A DNA stretch of 62,966 nt, the filler included. It is 19 parts of 19 records of this genome, joined end to end, with 100 filler letters (N's around TTAATTAATTAA, not from the genome) between each part and the next. Parts side by side here need not be neighbours in the genome. Positions count along the whole stretch, not along the records: positions 10,112 to 12,808 come from SRR11831580_2032; positions 12,909 to 15,269 come from SRR11831580_2058; positions 15,370 to 17,640 come from SRR11831580_2126; positions 17,741 to 19,816 come from SRR11831580_2133; positions 19,917 to 23,541 come from SRR11831580_2147; 14 more parts are not named here. One strand, written 5' to 3'. The notes under the pieces are model-generated. The model searched no databases, was not told where the DNA came from, and saw only the letters and a program-made list of their open reading frames with translations. The position numbers and the translations under genes were made by a program. This document shows, piece by piece, positions 10,914 through 22,504 of this stretch. The first letter of the stretch is position 1; each line of letters opens with the position of its first letter.

Positions 10914-12404
10914 TCATGAACGGCTGTTTTTGTTCTGCTTATTGACATATAAACGCTCATCGGAAGCTTTATACGCATCATGTAACGTATCGTTTTCTTT
11001 CATCGCGTAAATACCGGAAGAGAAGCCGATCTCTTTCTGCGGCGCGATATGTTGCAGACGTTTTTCGATACGTTCAGGCAGTTGTGCTGCAATTTGCGGC
11101 GTCGAATCGACAAGAATGATGCAGAATTCATCGCCACCGAGTCGGATGGCATAATCACTTTTACGAATCGACTGTTTAATCGCCTGAGCTAATAACGTAA
11201 TCGCTAAATCCCCCTCCTGATGACCGAGGGTGTCATTTATTTGCTTTAACTTGTCCATGTCAATAGCAATAAACATCACCGAAGAACCGGATTGCACCAG
11301 TTTCTGCAACCGCTGCTCCAGTTCAGGGGTTAAAATTTTGCGATTATACAGTCCAGTCATCGCATCACTAATATTTTCTCGCGACACATTTTGGTATAAA
11401 CGGAAGTGCATCCGCACCATATTCAGCAAAATTAACGCCGTCAAAATCCAGAACAGAACGCTTTTCCACGAAGACGTGATAAAGTAAAGAATATCAATGG
11501 ATAACGAGACACGAATGCCGCCCGGTAAGTCATGGACGTAACTGACATACTGGAACAGATTATCTTCGCTCTGGTTGATGATAATGTCGCGCCCCGAATC
11601 GGTATCGGTTAGCGTGACATTGAGAAAACGCCAGAGGAGAGGGCGGTCATGAGTATAAAAGATATTCCGCAGATTGTTTTTGTTAATATCCAGCAGCACA
11701 ATCCCTTTTAGCTGCCCTGCGACATATACCGGCGTCAGCAAACTCATCACGTTCTGTTTAGTACGCTGATCCTGGTAAATGCTCGACAATACGGTACGCC
11801 CGGTAAATACCTTTTCAATATCTTTGCGATCGATGCCAATACTTCCTGACTGCAGGAAGGACCAGTTATTCATCGCAAAGTATTCAACATTAACCGGCTC
11901 ATAAAAATAGACATAGCGGTCATTGAGATCGAGATAATAGTGAAATTTCTCTTCGGCCATCCCAAGACCTGAACCGTAATCATCCTGGTGGCGGTTGCCT
12001 TCCACTGCCTGATCAAAAGCGGGTAATAGTGCTGCAGCTTCCACAATTGTGTCGCAGTCAGTGGATGCGGTTTGTAGTGTGCCGCGTAAGCCCGGGTATT
12101 TATGGGCAGTCAGGTTTAAGCCATGGGTGTTATTGGCAGACTCAAAAGCCTCGCAGATGGCGCGCCGCTGTTCTGGCGACACTTCCGACTGCTCAGCAGC
12201 GAGAGCGCGCATCACATGCGCGGCAATACTCTGATTCTGATACTTATCATAAAGAAAGGAGGAGTCTGCTTTCTGCACGATATAGCGCAGATAGGCACTC
12301 ATTGCTCTGTCGCTGGCGACAAGTTCAAAAATAAGGAAGGAAGATGTCAGCACAATGACACTTGCGGCGATAAAATGCCGGAGCATTCTATGGTGCAATT
12401 TCAT
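10914..12404 (-). CDS. dgcJ: Diguanylate cyclase DgcJ (YeaJ)
   Basis: MKLHHRMLRH start, two TM segments, RLGGDEF; 496 aa. Confidence 0.93.
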   Translation of the reverse strand: MKLHHRMLRHFIAASVIVLTSSFLIFELVASDRAMSAYLRYIVQKADSSFLYDKYQNQSIAAHVMRALAAEQSEVSPEQRRAICEAFESANNTHGLNLTAHKYPGLRGTLQTASTDCDTIVEAAALLPAFDQAVEGNRHQDDYGSGLGMAEEKFHYYLDLNDRYVYFYEPVNVEYFAMNNWSFLQSGSIGIDRKDIEKVFTGRTVLSSIYQDQRTKQNVMSLLTPVYVAGQLKGIVLLDINKNNLRNIFYTHDRPLLWRFLNVTLTDTDSGRDIIINQSEDNLFQYVSYVHDLPGGIRVSLSIDILYFITSSWKSVLFWILTALILLNMVRMHFRLYQNVSRENISDAMTGLYNRKILTPELEQRLQKLVQSGSSVMFIAIDMDKLKQINDTLGHQEGDLAITLLAQAIKQSIRKSDYAIRLGGDEFCIILVDSTPQIAAQLPERIEKRLQHIAPQKEIGFSSGIYAMKENDTLHDAYKASDERLYVNKQNKNSRS

Positions 12405-12584
12405 GATAAATGGCACTCCTTCGGTTAGTGAAACGAGAAAACCAGATAAAGTTCGATTGCGGCCTGGCACAGGGGCGCTAATTATACTCATCTCTGCGCC
12501 GCTGGGGAGGGGAAATTTAGGGGTAATAGTAATAAATTGTATGCAAAAGCCACGCAAAAAGCATGGCTCTGAATATTTTTGCAC

Positions 12585-12808
12585 TTAAATATGATGAATA
12601 ATCACTTTGTTGCCCCCCTCGCTTTTCGCTTCGCGTAAGGCTTTATCTGCTTCCGTCATGACAAGCGAGATATTACGCGTGTCACCCGTTGAAAAAACCG
12701 TGCCAATACTGATGGTCATTTGTTCAGGAACATCATATCTGTTACTAAAGCCGGTCAGGAGTTCGACATTTTTACGCATACGTTCCGCAATGATTTTTGC
12801 CTGGGCAC
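12585..12808 (-). CDS. cdgI: GGDEF-domain protein CdgI/YeaI, C-terminal fragment
   Basis: TISIG...ADKALREAKSEGGNKV GGDEF-domain tail, upstream of yeaJ. Confidence 0.85.
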
Positions 12809-12908
12809 NNNNNNNNNNNNNNNNNNNNNNNNNNNNNNNNNNNNNNNNNNNNTTAATTAATTAANNNNNNNNNNNNNNNNNNNNNNNNNNNNNNNNNNNN
12901 NNNNNNNN

Positions 12909-13873
12909 CGCCCCGCAGCGCACACACACAGCCGCACCGCCCGCTCCTGTGAGCGGAACCACAACCATTGTGGATGCGATGCAGGTGGACTGGCGTGGTG
13001 CGGCCAAGGTCTTCCCGCAGAGCCTCCCTGTGCTGCCTGTCATGCAGCCCTGCATCGTGCTTGTGGCGGAGGTGTGTGGGTGTGTGTGTTCGCAAGCCGC
13101 TTGTGTGCTCTGTCATTCGCTGTGTGTTTGGGGTGTTTGTCTCAATCATATCTTCCCAGTATGGCGTCCGCCCGTCTCCTGCGTCCTCTCTCTCTGTTTT
13201 TTTTTCAATCTCTCTCTCTCTCTCTGCATTCTCATGTTATGTGACCCCCGCAACTCTGTCTGCAGGTGCGGCTCATGATGCTGAGCCAGACACCACTCGA
13301 CTTTGATGTGCACCTGGTGATGCTCGACTCGAAGGGAACCGAGGTTATCGTATGTTCCTGTGTGTAGCGTGCGTGTGGAGCGTGGCAGTGAAGGATTGTG
13401 TGTCCTCGGTGTCGCGCCTTCTCTCTCTCTTTGTGTTTCCCCGTTGCGTGCGTGTGCTGGGCCTAACAGTTCCTGGCAGTCTTCCGTCTCACCATCGTTG
13501 TTTCAACGCCTCCTCAGACAAGAGCGAGCCGTCATCAACCGTACGTTGATCTGCTTGCGCTCATAACGTATTGTGTGCTGTGTGGAACGCTCAGGTGGTA
13601 GGTTTCTTTCTCGCTCCGTCCTCGGCTTTCGCATCACTCCATACATCCATATTTATCAACACATCCACACCCTGTCTGCCCCTCTCTCACCCTCCTCGCC
13701 CCATCCGTGCAGTGTACATGCAATCGGTTCCGGGGGCAGAGTTTGTGCGCAACGCTGTGGCGCAGGCGGCTCAGGGTCTGACCGCAGTCAAGTGTGGCGT
13801 GCTGCTGTGCACGACGCCGCAGTCTGCGGGGGGATGTGTGTGTCAGGATCTAGTGGTCCTGGGCCCGCGATAA
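12909..13873 (+). CDS. 3' end of a spliced eukaryotic gene (exons 12909-13071, 13266-13349, 13480-13540, 13713-13873), possibly RMI1 C-terminal OB-fold
   Basis: Phase-compatible GT-AG introns. Peptide FDVHLVMLDSKGTEVISSVSPSLFQRLL...VAQAAQGLTAVKCGVLL follows the hydrophobic spacing of RMI1_C, but identity is low. Confidence 0.4.
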
Positions 13874-14413
13874 AACCCACCGTTGTTGTGTATTTGGTGT
13901 GTGAACCAACACCATCCCGAGTGAACATTTGTATTGTTCTAAGCCACGGCCGCATTTCATGTGTACAACTGATGAATTTTGGTGTGCAGTTGCTGTCTCA
14001 GAGCCGCACAGGCACAACCTCCCCCCAATAGCCGACACAATAATCCCGATTTACATCTAACTTGTATTCATTCATCAATAACTCATCGGAGGCGCATCCT
14101 CTGCACCGCGATACTTGTGTATTCAAACAAAGGCGAAAAAAAGAAGAACGCGGATTACAGCATAATCCCAACACAAACACACAACAAAGACGGCAGCAAA
14201 AGAACATGCTTGAATCCCGCGTGTACAATTGGCGGGTGTGATATAGTGCGCCTTTCGTAATCTTGAGTGCTACGTGTTGGCAAAGCTTCCACGCGGAAGA
14301 GTTCATCTGTGTATTCCTGTGTGCGTTATGCGTCACGGTATCAGCAGCTGATGCACACGAATGAAGGACAAAAGTATACGGAAACGCCGCACAGACGAAA
14401 CAAGATGCCCGCT

Positions 14414-15164
14414 TCATAGACCGGAAGACTTGGCCAAATAGTCAATGTCCACATCGGACAGGCGCACATCCTTCCGATGCAGCGGCTCCAGCGATATGCC
14501 CCCCATACCGCCCTCGTTCAACAACATCGGGTGCGCATTGCGTCGCTGCTCTGCGCTGCGAATCGACTCCAGAATAAAATCCTTTGTCAGAGTCTCCTCC
14601 AGGTCACTCTCACTCTCTGTGCCCGTCCGCAGCAGGGCCAGCCGCACCAGCACGGGCACAGTTTCGCAGAGAAGATACACACACATGAGCCACAGTTCCA
14701 CCACACACTGCGGGAGCGTGCTGTCGAACCAGTGACTGTTGCCCCATATGAAGAAGGTGACCGCATAGAGAATGAGCGCGATGCAGGTTACGTATGCGAC
14801 CACCGATGCCTACACACAGAGTAACATCGACACACACACGTACAATGGGTGCGTGAATGAACAGCGATATGATACACGACACTCTTGTCAGCAGGCTGGG
14901 CTGTGTATAGAAACAATGACTGCGCATGACAACATGTGAACATCGGTTACACAGAGACGTATCGGAGAACACGAGGTGGCTCTCTGACACTTTACAATGA
15001 CACTTTATAACGGCACTTTACAGGGACACGTTACAATGGCGTACCCTCGATGTCCGACGATTTTTGACTGGTAAGCGGCTCAGGAACCGCCGGAGCAGCA
15101 TCGCAGTAACAAACACACCCAGATTCATCAACAGGAGCGTGGCCACAAACAGCATATGTGCGCC
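14414..15164 (-). CDS. Last two exons (15164-15045, 14809-14414) of a TOM1/THH1/GPR137-like multipass membrane protein
   Basis: Spliced peptide ...AMLLRRFLSRLPVKNRRTSRASVVAYVTCIALILY...VYLLCETVPVLVRLALLR resembles the last TM helices and the E-x-x-P motif of the TOM1/THH1 family. Confidence 0.6.
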
Positions 15165-15199
15165 CTACACAGAGCATCATCAGTGAGAAAACACGGGCA

Positions 15200-15269
15200 C
15201 ACATACACACACTCTCACTCACACTGACACACTTACTCACACTCACTCACTCACACTCACTCACACTCA
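15200..15269. repeat. (CACT)n/(CA)n microsatellite at contig end
   Basis: Tandem CACT/CA units running into the gap. Confidence 0.85.
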
Positions 15270-15395
15270 NNNNNNNNNNNNNNNNNNNNNNNNNNNNNNN
15301 NNNNNNNNNNNNNTTAATTAATTAANNNNNNNNNNNNNNNNNNNNNNNNNNNNNNNNNNNNNNNNNNNNCCAACAAAACAGTCAGCCGTTCAACA

Positions 15396-17442
15396 TTAGA
15401 CGCCTGCACCCAACGGGAAGTGCGCCACATGCTCCACATCCGGCGTCGCGGCCGACTCCAACAATAGATGGCATTCACGGAATGCACGATCATGTATCAC
15501 CTGCATACCATGCGCTTTGTACCCAACCGGGGTAACAATTTCCGGGGAGAACAGGCGCCGAGCGGTCTTCGCTACTCTCTCGACAGGCGTCCCCGTCGAG
15601 ACACTGCGCTCCTCGGGCATATCCGCCACGTCAAAGTGGATCAGCCAAGCTTCTTCAGCTTGCACCGCACGCGCATACTTGTCCATGGTCAGCACATGCT
15701 CGTGAACTTTTGCTTTGCTATCGCTAGCAACGAGCTCGATGATATAGCGTTTGCCGGTGTCCGAGGTCAACAGAATATCGCCCCGCATTGAAGCGCTCAT
15801 AGACGAAACAGATGGGACCATCTTCAACACGTATGTCAGAATGCATGCGGTACGATCAAAGGTTGCTTCTCGTACCTCGCTGTCACCGAGTGTGCTCGGG
15901 GCCTCTGCATCCTCACCTTGGCTCTGCAAATCGAAACTACAAATCAGCAACAAACATCACATGACTCACACAAACGGGATTCGCACCTGAGGTCGTTTGA
16001 ACTCGCATGCAATCGTCACAGAATCTGGCAACCAGCTACGCAACAGCCCGGCAATCTCAAAGTGATAGGCGTATTCATGCCACACAGAGATGTACGGCGG
16101 CCGCGATCGACGCTCTTTGTGTGACGTCTCCAGCGCGGCTACCATGTCAGCACGGCTCATGTAGCGCAATGCGGTGAGCAACAGCGTTCGCATGTTCAGC
16201 TCATTGCCCAGCAGCGGTGGTGCCTCAGGCGGCACACTACGGCGGGACGTTGGGACCACATGCGCCATGAGAATAGACCGCACGAGCGGACATGTCACCT
16301 CAAACGCTAGCGGTCCCGTGACGTCCTCTGCTTCAAGGTCCATCCATGATGATCCATGAAATCGCAGAACACCCTCCGCAGCTAGAAATTGCGCCGCCGG
16401 CATGTACTGCATGTTCACAGTGACTGGTCCGGGAGCACGCAGAAAAACGGGCAATAACGCACGCGCAGCCGAGGCCTCCGGTGTGTTGGCGATCAGGTCC
16501 TCCACCATCTTCATAATAGTCGGATACCATAGAGGACCACTCGTCAACAAATGTGCCTTCTCCTTTGCCCACAACTCCGCTGTGACTGCACGATCCTCTT
16601 TCACCAGGCGGCGATCGATGAACCGGTAGCAGATCGCAAGCAATCCAGGATGCCCATAGGTCATGTCCCCAATATCGTCGACAATAGCAGCATCGACAAC
16701 ACATCTGCGACGCTGGACATACTGTGTGTGGTAGTCAGCACGTTGTGCGTCAGTGAAGAACGGGACCTGAAATGATTCCCGAACATTGAAGGGAGAGGAC
16801 ATCGCCGACAGCTGCTCATTGAACCACAGGACACTGGATGAGCCGACACCCACAAAGCCCTGCAACACGTGCTTCCCGCGGGTGGTGTGCTTGATGGTAC
16901 GGAGAGCTTCCACAAGCATACTCTCCTGTATATTGCGCGGCAGGTCGTACAGTTTGTCGAAGTCGTCAACAAGCAGCACCACGCGACGATTGCCAAACGC
17001 CCCCGCATTCCGCGAGCTCAGCCACTGTCGGAAATCCGACGCGGTCTGCCACGGCTCCGGGATTGTGTCAGCAAGGTCAGGGTTATCCTCGCAGATGCTG
17101 CCGCTCATAGCTTTCCAAAAATTAGGTAACGATGAATCCACCTTTGGCAACGTGAACCTACAACACATGTAGAATTATGGCTGAGAATGGCGACATAATA
17201 CGATCGACAACTTCCGTACATCACGACGCAAAAATCGCACAATTGCTCTGAAAGCCGGAGAATGCGAGTGGTTTTGCTGGCAGCCCGCGGTCCATAGAGA
17301 AGAACAAACGGTACAGGGTCGGTCGTGCGGTGAAGAACAGGTAACAGCGTTTGCTCATTGTCGTCGGCGACGTCGACGTACACATAGGTGTCTTGCTCGA
17401 TCGAAGCGAGGCCGCCACCGAGATAGATCACCGACTCCACTT
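15396..17442 (-). CDS. Crinkler (CRN)-like effector: P-loop NTPase + PD-(D/E)xK-type nuclease domain; spliced, N-terminus not resolved
   Basis: FVLLYGPRAASKTT (Walker A variant), VVLLVDDFDKL (Walker B), SPFNV...PFFT, TYGHPGL, then HEYAYHFEIAGLLRSWL, RGDILL...YIIELVA...HV...KYA...AEEAWLIHF. GT-AG introns at ~17219-17158 and ~15986-15924 join the track ORFs in phase. Confidence 0.75.
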
Positions 17443-17740
17443 CTGTAAACACTTGTCAGAAAGGCAAAAGCACCGATGCACTAGAGCATACTCGCATGGC
17501 TTTGGCGTGCAAGCAATAGCGCCACTGAGGTCGCAGTCCCCGGCAACAGGCCGTAAACCTTCCTCAGGCGCTCATCGACTTTGTCAATGCCGCACATGAA
17601 CACCCTGCACAGCTCTCCCCAGTTGGCCTCCATGTCGACCNNNNNNNNNNNNNNNNNNNNNNNNNNNNNNNNNNNNNNNNNNNNTTAATTAATTAANNNN
17701 NNNNNNNNNNNNNNNNNNNNNNNNNNNNNNNNNNNNNNNN

Positions 17741-18870
17741 GACTACAAGTCACGCACCTCCGATGTGACAAGGTCCAGGAGGCTGAAGTACTCTAGCAGA
17801 CGCGGAAGGCCCTGCTCGGCGTTGCCAACAATCAACACAGATACCTGCACCTGATGAGAGAGTGTTTGCACATCAAAAACAGGACCACGACGAGAGAACA
17901 CAGAGTGTAACACGAACGAGCGCAAGCGTTTAAACATATATGATTTGGTTCACGGTGTGCGGTGGCCGCGTGTGCCGTGTGTGCAGCGCGGTTCGTACCT
18001 GCGTCCCAGAGAGCAGACCCCCTGTCTGTTTGGGCGCTAGAGTGCTATCGTAGATCACAGGAGCACCAGTTGCAGCGTCGATGCTCAGCGTGCACGAGTA
18101 CACTAGTGTCTGATCCACAGCTGCACAACAACAACGCAGAATGCACTTGAGCATGCTCAGTTTTCAAGTCGGATTCTGAAACGCATACTGGTGGTGATCA
18201 CGTGCATAGCTCCGTGGCCGATGAACTGCTGAGCGTATCTGTTAACGAAACCATGAATAAGCTGCTTTCAGGTGTGATACTTGAAAACTGGATAGGGACA
18301 GCACTGACGAGGACGTACAGTAACACGCCCTTAATTCCCACGCCATATTTGCCCTTGCTCTCTCGCGGGCCGCTTCCGTCTCTCTCACATCCTGCCGTAG
18401 TCGCAAAAAGGCGCCCGAGGAGCGAAGCGACAGCTTCCATCGGAATGCCAGAGCCCGTGTCCTGAACTGTGTAAACGAACCAAACATTGACTTGTAAACA
18501 CAAAACGGGACTTCAGTGGTCTTGACTGCTACCTTTGATGCTATATAGGCCGTCGCTCCCGTGCGGACACTGGATCTGATGGTCATCCACCCTCGAGATG
18601 AAGACCTCCACTTCTTTGCGCAGAGATGCGCGGCACGCATCAAGGGAGTTTTCTAGTAACTGCCAATTTTGACGTCAGCAACCAATACAGTATCCCTTTG
18701 CAAAATTACCTCGCGCACTGTGGTGTACATGGCGTCTGATGGTGATCCAAACCCCGCTATTTCCAAGTCTTGAAAGTAAAGTCAGAAAGAGAGAATAGCG
18801 CGTTTGTGTTTGCTGTACTTTCCGCCATGAATTGGGAGCCATTTCGATGATTTGGCTGTACAAGTGCCAT
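17741..18870 (-). CDS. TOP6B: Topoisomerase VI subunit B-like GHKL protein, N-terminal part (exons 18870-18819, 18768-18710, 18659-18533, 18466-18252, then ~18109-17998 and ~17844-17757; 3' truncated)
   Basis: Spliced: SQFMAENLEIAGFGSPSDAMYTTVRELLENSLDA...LYSIKVQDTGSGIP...LLGRLF...KGKYGVGIK...CTLSID...SGTQVSVLIVGN, collinear with plant/archaeal Top6B motifs. Confidence 0.88.
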
Positions 18871-19194
18871 GGTTGTCCAGATTGATGTTCAAAGGAGCGG
18901 GTTTTGTCGCGCGACTGCTATTCTTCCAAAGTTCTTCACAACCAGAACATGAAAACTGCGCTCGAATCGCGAGAAACAAGCTCATGAGTCATGCGGCTGT
19001 CTGAGTGTCAGAGACATTGAGGTCACGGGATTTTTTCCTGAAAAGTCACCTCACCATGCGTTGCACTTTGCTGTGCTGCACTGTTTGTCAATCACTATTT
19101 CCCAATTTGCGTGTCTGCTCCCAGCTTACTCCTCCTAGCCCGCAGTTGAATTATATAACCTTCGCCACACTCAACGTGCTTGAAGTTTGGAACG

Positions 19195-19816
19195 ATGCCG
19201 ATCTTCACTACCAAACTAAAAGCTTTGGAATATTCTCGCTGGGATAATTTCGATATCAATAGTACGTCGTTCTTTCACGTCCGACTCTATACCGACATCC
19301 TGTAGACTTGTCGGATGTGTTCGCTCTCGTATCTTGGTTAGAGAAAGCGAAAATTCACCATTATCATGACACGAACAACGATTTGATGACTTACTCACCG
19401 CGGTGGCATGCGAAGCTGGCAAAGGTACACAAGTGGTGTGCGTGATCACAGAGTCCCTTCTAACACGCACCACAGTATTTGTCGGATCTGGGGTGTCCGC
19501 GAGCGTACGGGGACCGCATGGATTCGGCCACGCTGACGGCCGCAGTTGACTGGCTGCTTTCCCACGCTGTTTCGTTAGAATTCCGTGAGAAATGTATGCG
19601 TTTGTATCATGCATGGGCACAGCGTGGCGTGTGTGCCTCTCTCCCTCTTATTTTACTCTTTGTTGCACGTTATTCTCTATCGGTGTACTTCCTGATTTGC
19701 GAAATCTCGGACGGTGAAGTGGGGTGAGACAGTGATGTGTGTTCTTATTCGTTTGGTATCGTACGTAGCGGAGGAAATCAACACGGCGGCGGCGCAGACC
19801 CTTGTCTTCGAGCATT
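19195..19816 (+). CDS. RTRAF: RTRAF / CGI-99 / C14orf166 homolog (tRNA-ligase complex subunit), 5' exons, 3' truncated
   Basis: Spliced: MPIFTTKLKALEY...LVSWLEKAKIHHY...W...KYLSDLGCP...AVDWLLSHAVSLEF, matching the family pattern FxxKLxALxY / WLExxKIxHY / KYLxDxxCP / IDWLLxxAVxLEY. Confidence 0.88.
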
Positions 19817-19916
19817 NNNNNNNNNNNNNNNNNNNNNNNNNNNNNNNNNNNNNNNNNNNNTTAATTAATTAANNNNNNNNNNNNNNNNNNNNNNNNNNNN
19901 NNNNNNNNNNNNNNNN

Positions 19917-20015
19917 GCCCATTTTGGCTAACGTTTGTTGAATTGCCGCGTCATCAGCCTGAGCAAAGCCTGAAAACGCCGCTAACAAAGTAAACAACAT
20001 AAAACCTTTCTTCAT
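19917..20015 (-). CDS. dsbC: Disulfide isomerase DsbC, N-terminal fragment
   Basis: MKKGFMLFTLLAAFSGFAQADDAAIQQTLAKMG, downstream of xerD. Confidence 0.93.
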
Positions 20016-20039
20016 AAATCTTCCCGTTCTTTTCAGACA

Positions 20040-20936
20040 TCACGCCCGCGGGTGATGCTGTTGATGAAGTTGCCGCAGACGCTCGGTAGCGACATGCGTA
20101 TAAATTTGCGTGGTGGAGAGATCGCTGTGGCCCAGTAGCATCTGCACCACGCGTAAATCCGCACCATGATTTAATAAATGAGTGGCAAAAGCGTGACGCA
20201 ACACATGCGGTGACAGCTTTTCGCTGTCGATACCCGCCAGCACAGCATAATGTTTAATACGGTGCCAGAAGGTCTGTCGCGTCATCTGCTGCGCACGCTG
20301 GCTGGGAAACAACACGTCAATTGACACACCATTCAGCAGCCACGGACGCCCATGTTCCAGATAGGTTTCCAGCCAGTAAACCGCCTCTTCACCTAACGGC
20401 ACCAGACGCTCTTTGTTGCCTTTACCAATGACCCGTACCACGCCCTGACGCAGGCTGATATCACTCATTGTCAGTCCGACCAGTTCAGAGACACGCAGCC
20501 CGGTAGCATACAACACTTCAAGCATGGCTTTATCGCGTAGCTCCAGTGGCTGATCGATTAATGGTGCCTGTAATAAACGTTCGACCTGCGCTTCGCTTAA
20601 ATCTTTTGGCAAACGCTGGGGCAATTTCGGTGAAGCGAGATGCGCACTGGGATCGTCTTCACGAAACTTTTCGCGATAAAGATACTGGAACAATCGGCGC
20701 ACTGCACTCAGCAAACGCGCTGAGCTGGTGGCTTTATACCCGCCCTCCAGCCGTTCTGCCAGTAATGCCTGCAAATCGTCACTTTGCGCCGTCGCCAGCG
20801 TCAACCCGCGGTGATGCAACCACTCCACCATCATTGACAGATCGCGACGGTAAGCGTTCAACGTATTTTCAGCCAGATTTTTTTCCAGCCACAGAGCATC
20901 AAGAAACTGCTCGATGCGTGCCAGATCCTGTTTCAC
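20040..20936 (-). CDS. xerD: Tyrosine recombinase XerD
   Basis: GLRVSEL, HVLRHAFATH, LGHSDLSTTQIYTH; 298 aa. Confidence 0.98.
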   Translation of the reverse strand: MKQDLARIEQFLDALWLEKNLAENTLNAYRRDLSMMVEWLHHRGLTLATAQSDDLQALLAERLEGGYKATSSARLLSAVRRLFQYLYREKFREDDPSAHLASPKLPQRLPKDLSEAQVERLLQAPLIDQPLELRDKAMLEVLYATGLRVSELVGLTMSDISLRQGVVRVIGKGNKERLVPLGEEAVYWLETYLEHGRPWLLNGVSIDVLFPSQRAQQMTRQTFWHRIKHYAVLAGIDSEKLSPHVLRHAFATHLLNHGADLRVVQMLLGHSDLSTTQIYTHVATERLRQLHQQHHPRA

Positions 20937-21047
20937 TTGCGCCCCTTATGGTCACTCATTTGATCCATTATGCCTTATTGTGCCGTGACTAAAGCGATTC
21001 TGATACACTAGCCGCAAAAGCCACAGCAGAATCGAGAAGCTTACGTT

Positions 21048-21568
21048 ATGAATATGGGTCTTTTTACGGTTCCAGCACCTGTTACACCGAAATGGCGGCA
21101 GAAAAAATCCGCGATATTATCGGCCCAGAACTGGTGACCTTACATAACCTCAAGGACGACTCCCCGAAATTAATGGAGCAGTACGATGTGCTCATTCTGG
21201 GTATCCCGACCTGGGATTTTGGTGAAATCCAGGAAGACTGGGAAGCCGTCTGGGATCAGCTCGACGACCTGAACCTTGAAGGTAAAATTGTTGCGCTGTA
21301 TGGGCTTGGCGATCAACTGGGATACGGCGAGTGGTTCCTCGATGCGCTCGGTATGCTGCATGACAAACTCTCGACCAAAGGCGTGAAGTTCGTCGGCTAC
21401 TGGCCAACGGAAGGATATGAATTTACCAGCCCGAAACCGGTGATTGCTGACGGGCAACTGTTCGTGGGTCTGGCGCTGGATGAAACTAACCAGTATGACC
21501 TTAGCGACGAGCGTATTCAGAGCTGGTGCGAGCAAATCCTCAACGAAATGGCAGAGCATTACGCCTGA
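21048..21568 (+). CDS. fldB: Flavodoxin 2 (apparent -1 frameshift in the T run at 21061-21065)
   Basis: MNMGL([10 protein letters not shown])MAAEK...GIPTWDFG; span of 521 nt is one base short of a multiple of 3. Confidence 0.95.
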
Positions 21569-21607
21569 TCTCACTGACGGCTTAGCGCATATGCTTTGCC
21601 GTCATCT

Positions 21608-22274
<667 letters not shown>

Positions 22275-22504
22275 TCACGAAAATCCAGTACCCGGCTATT
22301 GTAACGTGTTTTTCGCCTTCTTTTACGGGAATATCAGTAAACACCATCGCGATCGCGAAATTAATTCACAACAATTCAATGGCTTCATTTTTTTGGAAGT
22401 CGCCTCGCAGAAGGCACAGATCGCGTAGTGAAAGCACTTGCATTGCCTCATAGCTCTTTTACCATTAGTCATTAATACGCCGTTAAGCAACTCAGGACTC
22501 TATT

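Noticed and set aside
7427-12808. Bacteria-to-eukaryote horizontal transfer
   Set aside because: Separated from eukaryotic DNA by artificial gaps, intron-free and in native E. coli order.
20040-20936. Prophage or island integrase
   Set aside because: Housekeeping XerD in its native dsbC-xerD-fldB context.
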